Source: Candidatus Eiseniibacteriota bacterium (lineage in GTDB: Bacteria > Eisenbacteria > RBG-16-71-46). Taken from it: a stretch of 64,000 nucleotides of DNA. The DNA lies in NCBI GenBank assembly GCA_963725865.1, contig CAVSAC010000014.1, positions 1,472,001 to 1,536,000 of the forward strand, read 5' to 3'. This document shows, piece by piece, positions 49,423-58,246 of this stretch (positions within the stretch are counted from its first letter, which is position 1; every line of letters begins with the position of its first letter). The notes under the pieces were generated by a model. That model was not told the DNA's origin, did no database searches, and worked only from the letters and a program-made list of their open reading frames with translations. Made by a program: the position numbers and the translations under genes.

Positions 49423-50052
49423 GTGCCCGCGATCGACCGTGGACCCGAGCCCCGCCGTCCCCGCCGGCGGCGCGCCATCGTGCCGCTCGAGCAGCTCCAG
49501 ATGGAGCTCGGGCCTCATCGCCCGCGCTGGACCTACTCGCGCCTGGTGAGCGGCTCGCCGCATCGCGATCGCATCCGCGAGCGCGTCGAGTTCGTGCGGC
49601 GGTTCTTTCCCGAGCTGGACGCGCTCACCGTGCGCGTCGGCCTGGCGCAGAAGCGCGGCGTGCTGGGCTGGGGCTCGATGGACGCCGAGCGCCCCGGTAT
49701 CTGGGTGCGCCCGCGGCGGCTCGAGTACTTCACGATCGCGCACGAGCTGACCCACCTGCTGCAGGCCCGCGGGCTGGTTCCTCGCGGCGAGCGGGCGTGC
49801 GACCTGTGGGCGCTCGCGCGCACGCCGCTGGTGGTCGACAGCGCGCCCGGCTATCTCAAGGTGCCGCGCGGCCTGCGCCATCGCCGGCTGACGCACGAGG
49901 AGTCGACGCTGCTCTGCCGCGCCGCGCGCCGCGCGATCGAGGCGCGCGAGGCGGGCGACCGGCGCTACCTGTTGCGCTTCGAGCGCGAGGTGGCCGAGGC
50001 GTGCGCGATGCCGGTGGCCGTGGCCCTGGCGGCCACCGAGGTGATCCCGTGA
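49423..50052 (+). CDS. Hypothetical protein with HExxH zincin-like motif
   Basis: IAHELTHLLQ...GERACD. Stop overlaps the NUDIX start. Confidence 0.62.
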   Translation: MPAIDRGPEPRRPRRRRAIVPLEQLQMELGPHRPRWTYSRLVSGSPHRDRIRERVEFVRRFFPELDALTVRVGLAQKRGVLGWGSMDAERPGIWVRPRRLEYFTIAHELTHLLQARGLVPRGERACDLWALARTPLVVDSAPGYLKVPRGLRHRRLTHEESTLLCRAARRAIEAREAGDRRYLLRFEREVAEACAMPVAVALAATEVIP

Positions 50053-50468
50053 AGCTGGTGCGGGTGGCGGCGGCGGTCGTGATGGACGGCGAGCGCCTGC
50101 TGCTCACCCAACGACCGCCGGGCGGCGCGCATCCGCTCATGTGGGAGTTCCCGGGCGGCAAGCTCGAGTCGGGCGAGAGCGCCGCGCAGGCGCTGACGCG
50201 CGAGATCGCCGAGGAGCTGGGCGTGGCCGCCACGCCGCACGAGGTGATGGGCACCAGCGCCTACGCCTACCCGCACGGCCCGCGCGTGGAGATCGCGTTC
50301 GTCCGCTGTACGCTCGCCTCGCACGCGTTCCGCCCCAACGCCGAGGTGCACGCGATCAAGTGGCTCGCGCCGGCCGACGTGGACGTGCGCGAGGTGCTGG
50401 CCGCGGATCGCGAGTTCCTGGTCGGACTGGGCGCGCCCCCGCTCGCGGACCGCTCCAACGGAGGATGA
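50049..50468 (+). CDS. MutT-like NUDIX hydrolase
   Basis: WEFPGGKLESGES..QALTREIAEELG Nudix box. Confidence 0.9.
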   Translation: MKLVRVAAAVVMDGERLLLTQRPPGGAHPLMWEFPGGKLESGESAAQALTREIAEELGVAATPHEVMGTSAYAYPHGPRVEIAFVRCTLASHAFRPNAEVHAIKWLAPADVDVREVLAADREFLVGLGAPPLADRSNGG

Positions 50469-50626
50469 CGATGTCGCTCCCGGAAGGACTGCAGTTCCTG
50501 CGGCTCGGCTGGTTCGTGGTTCACGCCGTGACGATCCTGTTCGTCTACCAGTACGGCTTCCTGAAGGGCCGCGCCGAGGAACGCAAGGCGCACGTCATCC
50601 GGCAGATGGAGAAGGGGATCCGCTAG
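50465..50626 (+). CDS. Small single-pass membrane protein
   Basis: GGAGG RBS. MTMSLPEGLQFLRLGWFVVHAVTILFVYQYGF followed by a charged tail. Overlaps the NUDIX stop. Confidence 0.55.
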   Translation: MTMSLPEGLQFLRLGWFVVHAVTILFVYQYGFLKGRAEERKAHVIRQMEKGIR

Positions 50627-50771
50627 GGGCACCGAGGTGCGGTGCTCCGCCCGCGCGCTCGGCGCCGTGGCGCGCTCCATCCGCCCGAGTGCCGCAGTGC
50701 TCGCGATCCATTGACCGCACCATGCACCGAGCGTAGCCTGCTCGCGGCTCGATCCGCATGCAGGAGGTCGC

Positions 50772-51152
50772 GTGGCGATCAACGAAGCGTTCGGCTGGTG
50801 CTGGATCCTCGCCGGCCTGGTGGTCGGGCTGGTGCTCGGCCTGCGCTTCCACCAGGACGACTGGCTCGGAGGCTACGGCAGCTTCCCGCGCCGGCTGATC
50901 CGCCTCGGGCACGTCGCGTTCATCGGCCTCGGCATGCTCAACATCCTGTTCGCGCTCAGCGTGCCGCGGCTGGGGATGTGCGCGGTGTCGTACCGGATCG
51001 CCGCCGCCGCGCTGATCGTCGGCGCCGTGACCATGCCGCTGTGCTGCGGGCTGATGGCCTGGCGCAAGGCGTTCCAGCCGTTGTTCGCGATTCCGGTGCT
51101 GAGCCTCATCGGCGCGCTCGTACTGATCGTGGCCGCGGTGCTGCGACCATGA
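50772..51152 (+). CDS. Four-TM membrane protein, function unknown
   Basis: AGGAGG RBS. WLGGYGSFPRRLIRLGH. Coupled to the radical SAM gene. Confidence 0.7.
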   Translation: MAINEAFGWCWILAGLVVGLVLGLRFHQDDWLGGYGSFPRRLIRLGHVAFIGLGMLNILFALSVPRLGMCAVSYRIAAAALIVGAVTMPLCCGLMAWRKAFQPLFAIPVLSLIGALVLIVAAVLRP

Positions 51153-52498
51153 AGCTCGGGCTGGTCGCGATGAGCGGCGTGCGCGCCGCGAACCCCGAGC
51201 TGACCAAGGTCGGGCTGACGCTCCCGGGCTTCGTCGAGCGCAGCCAGGTGATCGCCTCGCTGCCGAGTCTCTCGCTGCTCACGCTCGCCGGGCTCACGCC
51301 GCCCGACGTCGAGATCGCGTACCGCGAGATCCCGGACCTCGCCGCCGAGAGCGATCCGATGGGCGACCACGACCTGGTGGCGATCGCCTCGTACTCGGCC
51401 CAGGTGCAGGACGCCTATCGCCTCGCGGATCGCTACCGCGAGCGGGGCGTGCCGGTGGTGATGGGCGGGCTGCACGTCAGCATGCTGCCCGACGAGGCGC
51501 GCGCGCACGGGGCGGTCGCGGTGGTCGGCGAGGGCGAGACCGTGTGGCCGCGCATCCTGGAGGACTTCCGGGCCGGCCGGCTCGCGCCGGCGTACGCGTC
51601 GCCGGCCACGGACGGCTTCGATCTGGCGGACGCGCCGATGCCGCGCTACGACCTGCTCGACATCGAGCGCTACAACCGTCTCACGGTCCAGACCAGCCGC
51701 GGGTGCCCGCACCTCTGCGACTTCTGCGCCAGCTCGATCCTGATCGCGCCGCGCTACCGCGTGAAGCCGGTCGAGCGGGTGATCGCCGAGATCCGCCGGA
51801 TCAAGGAGCTGTGGCCGACCCCGTTCATCGAGTTCGCGGACGACAACAGCTTCGTCGTCCGCCAGCACGCCAAGGAGCTGCTGCGGGCGCTGAAGGCCGA
51901 GAACGTGAAGTGGTTCACCGAGGCGGACGTGTCGATCGCGCAGGACGGGGAGCTGCTGGACCTGATGCGCGTGAGCGGATGCCGGCAGGTGCTGATCGGC
52001 CTCGAGAGCCCGGGCCCGAGCGGACTCGACGGCATCGAGATGAAGGCCAACTGGAAGCTGCGCAAGTCGCCCGACTACGAGGCCGCGGTCCGCGTCATCC
52101 AGTCCCACGGCATCACGGTCAACGGCTGCTTCGTGCTCGGATTGGACGGCCACACCGCGGACATCTTCGACGCGGTCTACGACTTCGTCGCGCGCTCGGG
52201 GCTCTACGAGGTCCAGATCACCGTGATGACCGCGTTCCCGGGCACGCCGCTCTACCGCCGGCTCCGCCAGCAGAACCGGATCCTGGTCGACGGCGCCTGG
52301 GATCGCTGCACGCTGTTCGACGTCAACTACGTGCCGACCGGCATGACGCCGGATCAGCTGCAGTGGGGGCTCGTCGAGCTGGGCCGCAGGCTCTACGAGT
52401 CGGGCTTCATCGAAGCCCGGAGGAAGCGCTTCTTCGCGGACCTGCGCCGCAGCCGCAGCGCCGCCCGCGGCCTCGAGGAGGAGTCGCATGAGAACTGA
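51149..52498 (+). CDS. B12-binding domain radical SAM protein
   Basis: VVMGGLH, GEGE, TSRGCPHLCDFC, FADDN, IGLES and FPGTPLY. Confidence 0.92.
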   Translation: MKLGLVAMSGVRAANPELTKVGLTLPGFVERSQVIASLPSLSLLTLAGLTPPDVEIAYREIPDLAAESDPMGDHDLVAIASYSAQVQDAYRLADRYRERGVPVVMGGLHVSMLPDEARAHGAVAVVGEGETVWPRILEDFRAGRLAPAYASPATDGFDLADAPMPRYDLLDIERYNRLTVQTSRGCPHLCDFCASSILIAPRYRVKPVERVIAEIRRIKELWPTPFIEFADDNSFVVRQHAKELLRALKAENVKWFTEADVSIAQDGELLDLMRVSGCRQVLIGLESPGPSGLDGIEMKANWKLRKSPDYEAAVRVIQSHGITVNGCFVLGLDGHTADIFDAVYDFVARSGLYEVQITVMTAFPGTPLYRRLRQQNRILVDGAWDRCTLFDVNYVPTGMTPDQLQWGLVELGRRLYESGFIEARRKRFFADLRRSRSAARGLEEESHEN

Positions 52499-52874
52499 CT
52501 GGATCCGCCCGTTCTTCCTGTTCGCTGGCTTGTACGATTTCGCGCTGGGCGCGGTGTTCCTGTTCGCGTATCCGGCCATCTACGCGCGGTTCGGGATCAC
52601 GCTGCCGAATCACCCCGGCTACATCCTGTTCGGCGCGGCCGTCGTGGCGATCTTCGGGATCGCGTTCTGGTTCGTGGCGTACGCGCCGCGGCGCAATCGC
52701 GACCTGATCGCGGTCGGGGTCCTGTTCAAGCTCGCGTACGCGGTGACCGTGCTGGCCTTCTTCGCGCGCCACCAGATCCCGACGATGTGGGTGCCGTTCG
52801 CGTTCGCGGACCTGCTGTTCGCGCTCGCGTTCGTGGTCGCGTGGCGCGCGCTCCCGGCGCTCGCGGCGGAGTGA
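52488..52874 (+). CDS. Four-TM membrane protein, function unknown
   Basis: Four hydrophobic segments, GAGGAG RBS, overlaps the radical SAM stop. Confidence 0.7.
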   Translation: MRTDWIRPFFLFAGLYDFALGAVFLFAYPAIYARFGITLPNHPGYILFGAAVVAIFGIAFWFVAYAPRRNRDLIAVGVLFKLAYAVTVLAFFARHQIPTMWVPFAFADLLFALAFVVAWRALPALAAE

Positions 52875-52917
52875 GCGCCTCAGGGTAGGCGAGGCGCTTC
52901 GGCGACGCGGCGGCGCA

Positions 52918-53526
52918 TCACCCTTGCGTGGGCGCCGCGCCCGTGCGCTCCCGCGCCCTCACCCGCTCCGCATCGCTCATCCGCCCGACCGCGCTCAGCA
53001 GCGCGCGCACGATCTCGACCGGGCGCGGCGGGCAGCCGGGGATGCGCACGTCGACCGACGTCACCGCCTGCACGCCGTCGTGGGTGGCGAACGAGCCGGA
53101 GCAGAACCCGCCGTGGCACGCGCAGTCGCCGACCGCCACGATCAGCCGCGGGCGCGGCGTGGCCTCGTCGGTCAGCCGCAGCGCCTCCTCGAGGTGGCGC
53201 GTGGGCGGGCCGGTCACCAGCAGCCCGTCGGCGTGGCGCGGCGAGGCGACCACGTCGATGCCGAACCGCTGGATGTCGTAGAACGGGTTGAGCAGCGCCT
53301 GCAGCTCGCTCTCGCACGCGTTGCACGAGCCGGCATCCACGTGACGCAGGCGCAGCGAGCGACGCAGCACGCGCCGCACCTCGGCGCGCAGCGCGTGGCC
53401 GAGCACCTCGAACTCGCCGTCCTCGGTGCGGGGGGCGCGGGTCAGCTCGGCGGGCCACGCGATCGCGGGCTGGCCGGTCGCGACTCCGCGCCGCAGCGTG
53501 CGCCAGACGATCTCCCACATGGTCAC
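52918..53526 (-). CDS. hyfI: Group 4 hydrogenase/Ehr small subunit (NuoB/HyfI-like)
   Basis: DAGSCNACE, ASPRHADGLLVTG, GDCA and PGCPP. Confidence 0.88.
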   Translation of the reverse strand: MTMWEIVWRTLRRGVATGQPAIAWPAELTRAPRTEDGEFEVLGHALRAEVRRVLRRSLRLRHVDAGSCNACESELQALLNPFYDIQRFGIDVVASPRHADGLLVTGPPTRHLEEALRLTDEATPRPRLIVAVGDCACHGGFCSGSFATHDGVQAVTSVDVRIPGCPPRPVEIVRALLSAVGRMSDAERVRARERTGAAPTQG

Positions 53527-53545
53527 GCTCCCCGGCGCGCGGCGC

Positions 53546-55156
53546 TCATCGGTCGACGCACGCGTAGCAGAGGTTGAAGGACTTGTTCACGATCGGGAAG
53601 TCGGGAACGATGTTGTCGAGCATCGCCAGGGCGACCGCCGGCCAGTTGGCGTGCGAGGCGGAGCGCACACGCCACGCCTCGATCGTGCCGTCGCCGCCCG
53701 CGCGCACCCAGTGCATCAACAAGCCGCGCGGGGACTCGACCAGGCCCATGCCGTGGCGGCCCTGGGGCAGCGGGCCGATGTGTTGCGCGAGCGGCCCGCC
53801 GGGCAGCCGCAGCAGCATCTGCTCGATCAGGTTGAGCGACTCGTGCATCTCGTCGACGTGCTGGCGGAACCGCGCGAGCGCGTCGGCCTCCTCGCGCACC
53901 GGGACCTGGAAGTCGAGGTCGCGGTAGAACGCATAGGGGTGATGGCGGCGCACGTCGAACGACAGCCCCGAGGCGCGCGCGGCGGGGCCGACCACGCCGA
54001 GATCGCTCGCGATGGTGCGCGCGAGCACGCCGGTGTTCTGGAGCCGGTTGAGCACCGCGGCGTTCGCCAGCACCGAGCGCGCCAGCGCCTCGAGGTCGGC
54101 GCGCACCCCGCCCAGCACGCCGCGCAGCCACTGCTGGTGCGCGTCCTCGAGATCGCGCGCGACCCCGCCGGGCACGCACACGCCGCGCAGGAAGCGGTGA
54201 CCAAACAGCGCGTCGTTGACCTGCTGCAGCTGCTCCTTGAGCCGGTAGGCCTCGACCGCCCCCACCATGTACGCGGTGCAGGTCAGCAGGTGGCCAATCG
54301 TGCCGGCGTGGTTGTAGAGACGCTCCAGCTCGGCCGCCAGCGTGCGCAGCGCGCGGGCGCGCGGCGGCACCGCGGTGTCGGTCAGCTCCTCGATCGCGGT
54401 GCAGTACGCGAGCGCGTGCGAGAGCGCGCACAGCCCGCACGTGTGCTCGGCCAGCTCGAGCCCGCGCGTCATGCTGGCGCCCATCGCGAGCGTCTCGAGC
54501 CCGCGGTACTTCCAGCCCAGGCGCACGTCGAGCTTGAGGATCGCCTCGCCCACGGTCGAGAACCGGAAGTGCCCCGGCTCGATGATGCTGGCGTGGATCG
54601 GGCCGACCGGGATCTCGAACACGCCCTCGCCCGCGACCGGCTCGAACGCGAACCGCGGCGCCCACGACCAGTCCGCGGGCGGCACGAAGTCGCGCCGCAG
54701 CGGGTGGGCACCCGCGGGCCAGCCGGCGTGCGCCACCAGCGGGCGCGGATCGGGGTGCCCCTCGGGGGTCACGCCGAGCAGGTCGCGCAGCTCGCGCTCC
54801 AGCCAGTGCGCGGCCGGCACCGCGGGCGTCAGGCTGGGGTAGGAGGGCGTGTCGGCCGGCACCGCGGTGACCAGCGTGAGGACGGCGTCCTGCGGCGCCA
54901 TGCTGAACATCGCGTGGATGCGGAAGCGTCCGGCGCTCGCGCGCTCGTCGATCCCGAACAGCGCGATCAGCGTGCCGCCCCACTCGCGGTGCACCGCGGC
55001 GGCCACGTCGCGCACGCGCGCGGCCGGCACCACCACCTGGTGCTCGCGGAGGCTGGTGCGGTCGGCGTCGAGCACCGCGTCGGCGAAGCGCTCGCGCAGT
55101 CCGCGCAGCGCGCTCTCGAGCGGGAACAGCTCGCCGGGCTCGGGGCGCTCGTTCAT
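53546..55156 (-). CDS. hyfG: Group 4 hydrogenase/Ehr large subunit (NuoC+NuoD / HyfG-like)
   Basis: WLERELRDLLG, PVGPIHASIIEPGHFRF, EHTCGLC, ELERLYNH, ESPRG and NKSFNLCYACVDR. Confidence 0.9.
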   Translation of the reverse strand: MNERPEPGELFPLESALRGLRERFADAVLDADRTSLREHQVVVPAARVRDVAAAVHREWGGTLIALFGIDERASAGRFRIHAMFSMAPQDAVLTLVTAVPADTPSYPSLTPAVPAAHWLERELRDLLGVTPEGHPDPRPLVAHAGWPAGAHPLRRDFVPPADWSWAPRFAFEPVAGEGVFEIPVGPIHASIIEPGHFRFSTVGEAILKLDVRLGWKYRGLETLAMGASMTRGLELAEHTCGLCALSHALAYCTAIEELTDTAVPPRARALRTLAAELERLYNHAGTIGHLLTCTAYMVGAVEAYRLKEQLQQVNDALFGHRFLRGVCVPGGVARDLEDAHQQWLRGVLGGVRADLEALARSVLANAAVLNRLQNTGVLARTIASDLGVVGPAARASGLSFDVRRHHPYAFYRDLDFQVPVREEADALARFRQHVDEMHESLNLIEQMLLRLPGGPLAQHIGPLPQGRHGMGLVESPRGLLMHWVRAGGDGTIEAWRVRSASHANWPAVALAMLDNIVPDFPIVNKSFNLCYACVDR

Positions 55157-56616
55157 GGGCGCAGCACCGTGGCCGCCTGCTCGAGCAGGTGGCGGAACGG
55201 GGTCGGCAGGTAGGCGCCGAACAGCACCAGGAGCGCCGCGAGCACCCACATCGGCGCCCGCGAGCCCGCGGGCAGCGGGTCGTTCGCCGAGCGGCGCGGA
55301 CGGCCGAGTGCCACGCGGGTCCAGTGGTAGGCGAGCCCCGCGAACACGACCGCCAGCGCCGCGAGCGCGGTGATCACCACGCCGATGCGCCCCGCGTGCA
55401 GCCCGCCGAGCAGCGTGGTCCACTCCGACAGGAACAGCGCGGTGGGCGGCAGTCCGGCCAACCCGACGCCCGCAATCACGAACAGCGCGCCGAGCGGGGG
55501 CGAGGCCTCGAGCGCGCCGGTCCAGTGGTCCATGCGGCGCGACGCGAAGCCGCGGCCGAGCGAGCCACCGACCAGGAACGCGAGCGTCTTGGCGAGCGCG
55601 TGCGCCACCAGGTGCAGCATGCCCCCGAACACCGCGAGCGGGGTGCCGAGCCCGACCGCCAGCGTGAGGAACCCGGTGTGCTCCACGCTCGAGTACGCGA
55701 GCAGCCGCTTGTAGTCGCCCTGCAGCAGCATGAACGGCACCGCGACGATCATCGACAGCAGCCCGAAGCCGACCAGCAGTCCGCTCGAGTAGCGCGGCCC
55801 TAGGCACGCGGCGGCGATCGCGTGCACGCGCAGCACCGCGACCAGCGCGGTCGCGAGCATCGCCGCCGACAGCACCGCGCTGACCGGCGTCGGCGCCTGG
55901 CTGTGCGCGTCGGGCAGCCAGGTGTGCATCGGCGCCAGGCCGGCCTTGGTGCCGTAGCCCACCAGCGTGAACACGAACCCGAGCATCACGAAGCGCGGCG
56001 CCAGCCGCGGCGCGGCCTCGCGCAGCGCGGTCCACTCGAGACCCTGCGCGTGCTCGGCGAACAGCCCGGTCGCGGAGTAGTAGAGCAGCACGGTGCCAAA
56101 CAGCGCGAGCGTGATGCCGACCGAGCACAGGATCAGGTACTTCCACGCCGCCTCGACCGCGCCGGGGCGATCGTAGTAGCCGACCAGCAGCGCCGAGGCG
56201 AGCGTGCTGGCCTCGAGTGCGATCCACAGCAGCCCGAGGTTGTTGGCGACCGCGGCCAGCATCAGCGAGCCGGCGAGCAGGTGGAACATCGCGTCGTAGC
56301 GCCCCGCGGTCCAGCCGGCCGCCGCGTGGCCTGCTTCCTCCTGCGCCATGTAGTACGCGGCGTACCACGCGGCGGACGTCACCACCGCGCCGATCACCAG
56401 CGCGAGCAGCGCGGCGAGCGCGTCGGCCTGCAGCCAGCCGCGCGCCGCGGTGAACGGTCCGTCGATCAGAACCCGCGCCGCGAGTCCCAGCGCGACCGCG
56501 AATCCGAGCGCCGCACCCGCGAGCGACACGCGGCGGCTCCACGGCGAGCGCCCGAGCAGCACGCACGCCACCGCGGCGAGCGGTGAGGCGAGCAGCAGCG
56601 GGAGCAGGAGCGCCAT
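55153..56616 (-). CDS. hyfF: HyfF-like antiporter-type membrane subunit
   Basis: EAAWKYLILCSVG, GYGTKAGLAPMHTWLPDAHSQAP and KRLLAYSSVEH. Confidence 0.9.
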   Translation of the reverse strand: MALLLPLLLASPLAAVACVLLGRSPWSRRVSLAGAALGFAVALGLAARVLIDGPFTAARGWLQADALAALLALVIGAVVTSAAWYAAYYMAQEEAGHAAAGWTAGRYDAMFHLLAGSLMLAAVANNLGLLWIALEASTLASALLVGYYDRPGAVEAAWKYLILCSVGITLALFGTVLLYYSATGLFAEHAQGLEWTALREAAPRLAPRFVMLGFVFTLVGYGTKAGLAPMHTWLPDAHSQAPTPVSAVLSAAMLATALVAVLRVHAIAAACLGPRYSSGLLVGFGLLSMIVAVPFMLLQGDYKRLLAYSSVEHTGFLTLAVGLGTPLAVFGGMLHLVAHALAKTLAFLVGGSLGRGFASRRMDHWTGALEASPPLGALFVIAGVGLAGLPPTALFLSEWTTLLGGLHAGRIGVVITALAALAVVFAGLAYHWTRVALGRPRRSANDPLPAGSRAPMWVLAALLVLFGAYLPTPFRHLLEQAATVLRP

Positions 56617-56618
56617 GG

Positions 56619-57296
56619 TCAGCCCTTCAGCGAAGTGAGCCGGGTGGTGTCGGCGTGGTCGAACGTCTCCTCGATGCGCCCGACGAACACGCCGAGCAGC
56701 GCGACGCCGACCAGCAGGTCGAGCAGCACGCCGATCTCGACCACCAGCGGCATGCCGTAGGTGAGCGAGACCGCGGCGAGGAAGATGGCGTTCTCGACCA
56801 GCACCAGCCCGACGATCTGCATGAGGGCTTGGCGGCGGGTCACCATCACGAACAACCCGATCAGCGTGGCTGCCACCGACACCGGCAGGCACGACGCGAG
56901 GATCGAGGTGCCGGCGCCGAACAGCGCTCGGGTCTGGCTGAAGCCCACCACCACCAGTACGCCGCCGATCAGCGAGGAGGCCGGGATGCCGAGGTAGGAC
57001 TCGACCGCGCCCGAGCCCTTGGAGCGCGCGAGCGCCTGGTGGAGCAGGCGTGGGATCAGGACCCCCTTGCTGCCCGCCACCAGCAGCGCCGCCGCCGCGA
57101 TGTGCCAGGTGCCGGTCGCGTAGGCCACCACCAGCGCGATGCCGGCAAGGCTCCACGAGTTCCACGCGTAGGCGCGGATCGCGCCCGCGGTGCGCCGCTG
57201 GCTGACCGCGTACAGCGCCGACAGCAGGAACGCGCCCGCCAGCAGGTTGATGGCGTTGCTGCGCGGCAGCCAGTCGATGATGGGCAGGTCGATCAT
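56619..57296 (-). CDS. hyfE: HyfE-like membrane subunit
   Basis: KGVLIP, QIVGLVLVENAI, MPLVVEIG and LTSLKG. Confidence 0.86.
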   Translation of the reverse strand: MIDLPIIDWLPRSNAINLLAGAFLLSALYAVSQRRTAGAIRAYAWNSWSLAGIALVVAYATGTWHIAAAALLVAGSKGVLIPRLLHQALARSKGSGAVESYLGIPASSLIGGVLVVVGFSQTRALFGAGTSILASCLPVSVAATLIGLFVMVTRRQALMQIVGLVLVENAIFLAAVSLTYGMPLVVEIGVLLDLLVGVALLGVFVGRIEETFDHADTTRLTSLKG

Positions 57297-58246
57297 CGGA
57301 GCATCGCGTTGGAGGCGAGGGCGAGCAGCGAGAGCAGGAACGCCATGCCGAGGAACTCCGGCACGCGGAACAGCCGCATCTTGGCGGTCACCGACTCGGT
57401 GACCGCGATCACCACGCACGCGACCAGCAGCTTGGCGATCCATGCCAGCGCGGCGAGCGCGAGGGCTCCCGGCGTGGGCGCGAGCGCGATGCCCCACGGC
57501 AGGAACAGGTTCGCCACCAGCGTGAGCAGTACCGTCTGGCGCAGCGCCGCGGCCCACTCGAGCAGCGCCAGGTGGCGGCCCGAGACGTCGAGCAGCATGC
57601 CCTCGTGGATCATCGTCAGCTCGAGGTGGGTGACCGGGTTGTCCACCGGCACCCGCCCGGTCTCGGAGACCGCGACGATCCACATCGCGGCCAGCGCCAG
57701 CAGGTGCGACGGCGACAGCCACCCGAGCGGCGCGGTCGCCACCGCGTGCGCGATGCCGCCGAGCGCGGTGGTGTGCGCCGCCAGCGCCAGCGTGAACACC
57801 GCCAGCATCAGCGCCGGCTCGGCGAGCGCCGACAGCGCCATGTGGCGACTCGCCGCCATGCCGCCGAACGTGGTGCCCGCCTCCATGCCGAGCAGCGCCT
57901 GCAGCACGCGCGCGGCCGCGAACAGCGCCACCGTCGCGACCAGGTCGCCGGCGAAGCCGAGCGGATCGCCCGCGAACAGCACCGGCGTCCACGCGCACAC
58001 CGCGAGCGAGCACGCCAGCACCGCGCCCGGCGCCACCCGCGCGAGCCACGAGGCGTCCTCGGAGACGATCGCCTCCTTGTGCCATAGCCGCGCCAGGTCG
58101 GCGTAGCGCTGCAGCGGCGGCGCGCCGCGGCGCATCTGCAGGCGCGCCTTGAGCGCCGCGATCACGCCGTTGAGCGCCGGTGCCACCAGCACCAGCAGCA
58201 GCGTCTGGACCACCGCGAGGACGGCGTTCAGGAGCGGATCCGTCAC
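57293..58246 (-). CDS. hyfC: HyfC/NuoH-like membrane subunit
   Basis: KARLQMRRG, FGGMAASR, EP and ETGRVPVDNPVTHLELTMIHE. Confidence 0.9.
   Translation of the reverse strand: MTDPLLNAVLAVVQTLLLVLVAPALNGVIAALKARLQMRRGAPPLQRYADLARLWHKEAIVSEDASWLARVAPGAVLACSLAVCAWTPVLFAGDPLGFAGDLVATVALFAAARVLQALLGMEAGTTFGGMAASRHMALSALAEPALMLAVFTLALAAHTTALGGIAHAVATAPLGWLSPSHLLALAAMWIVAVSETGRVPVDNPVTHLELTMIHEGMLLDVSGRHLALLEWAAALRQTVLLTLVANLFLPWGIALAPTPGALALAALAWIAKLLVACVVIAVTESVTAKMRLFRVPEFLGMAFLLSLLALASNAMLR

Noticed and set aside
47244..50468. 1074-aa ORF fusing a propeller protein to NUDIX
   Set aside because: This is an artefact of the frameshift near 49169 and stop-poor GC-rich DNA. Three separate genes explain the region.
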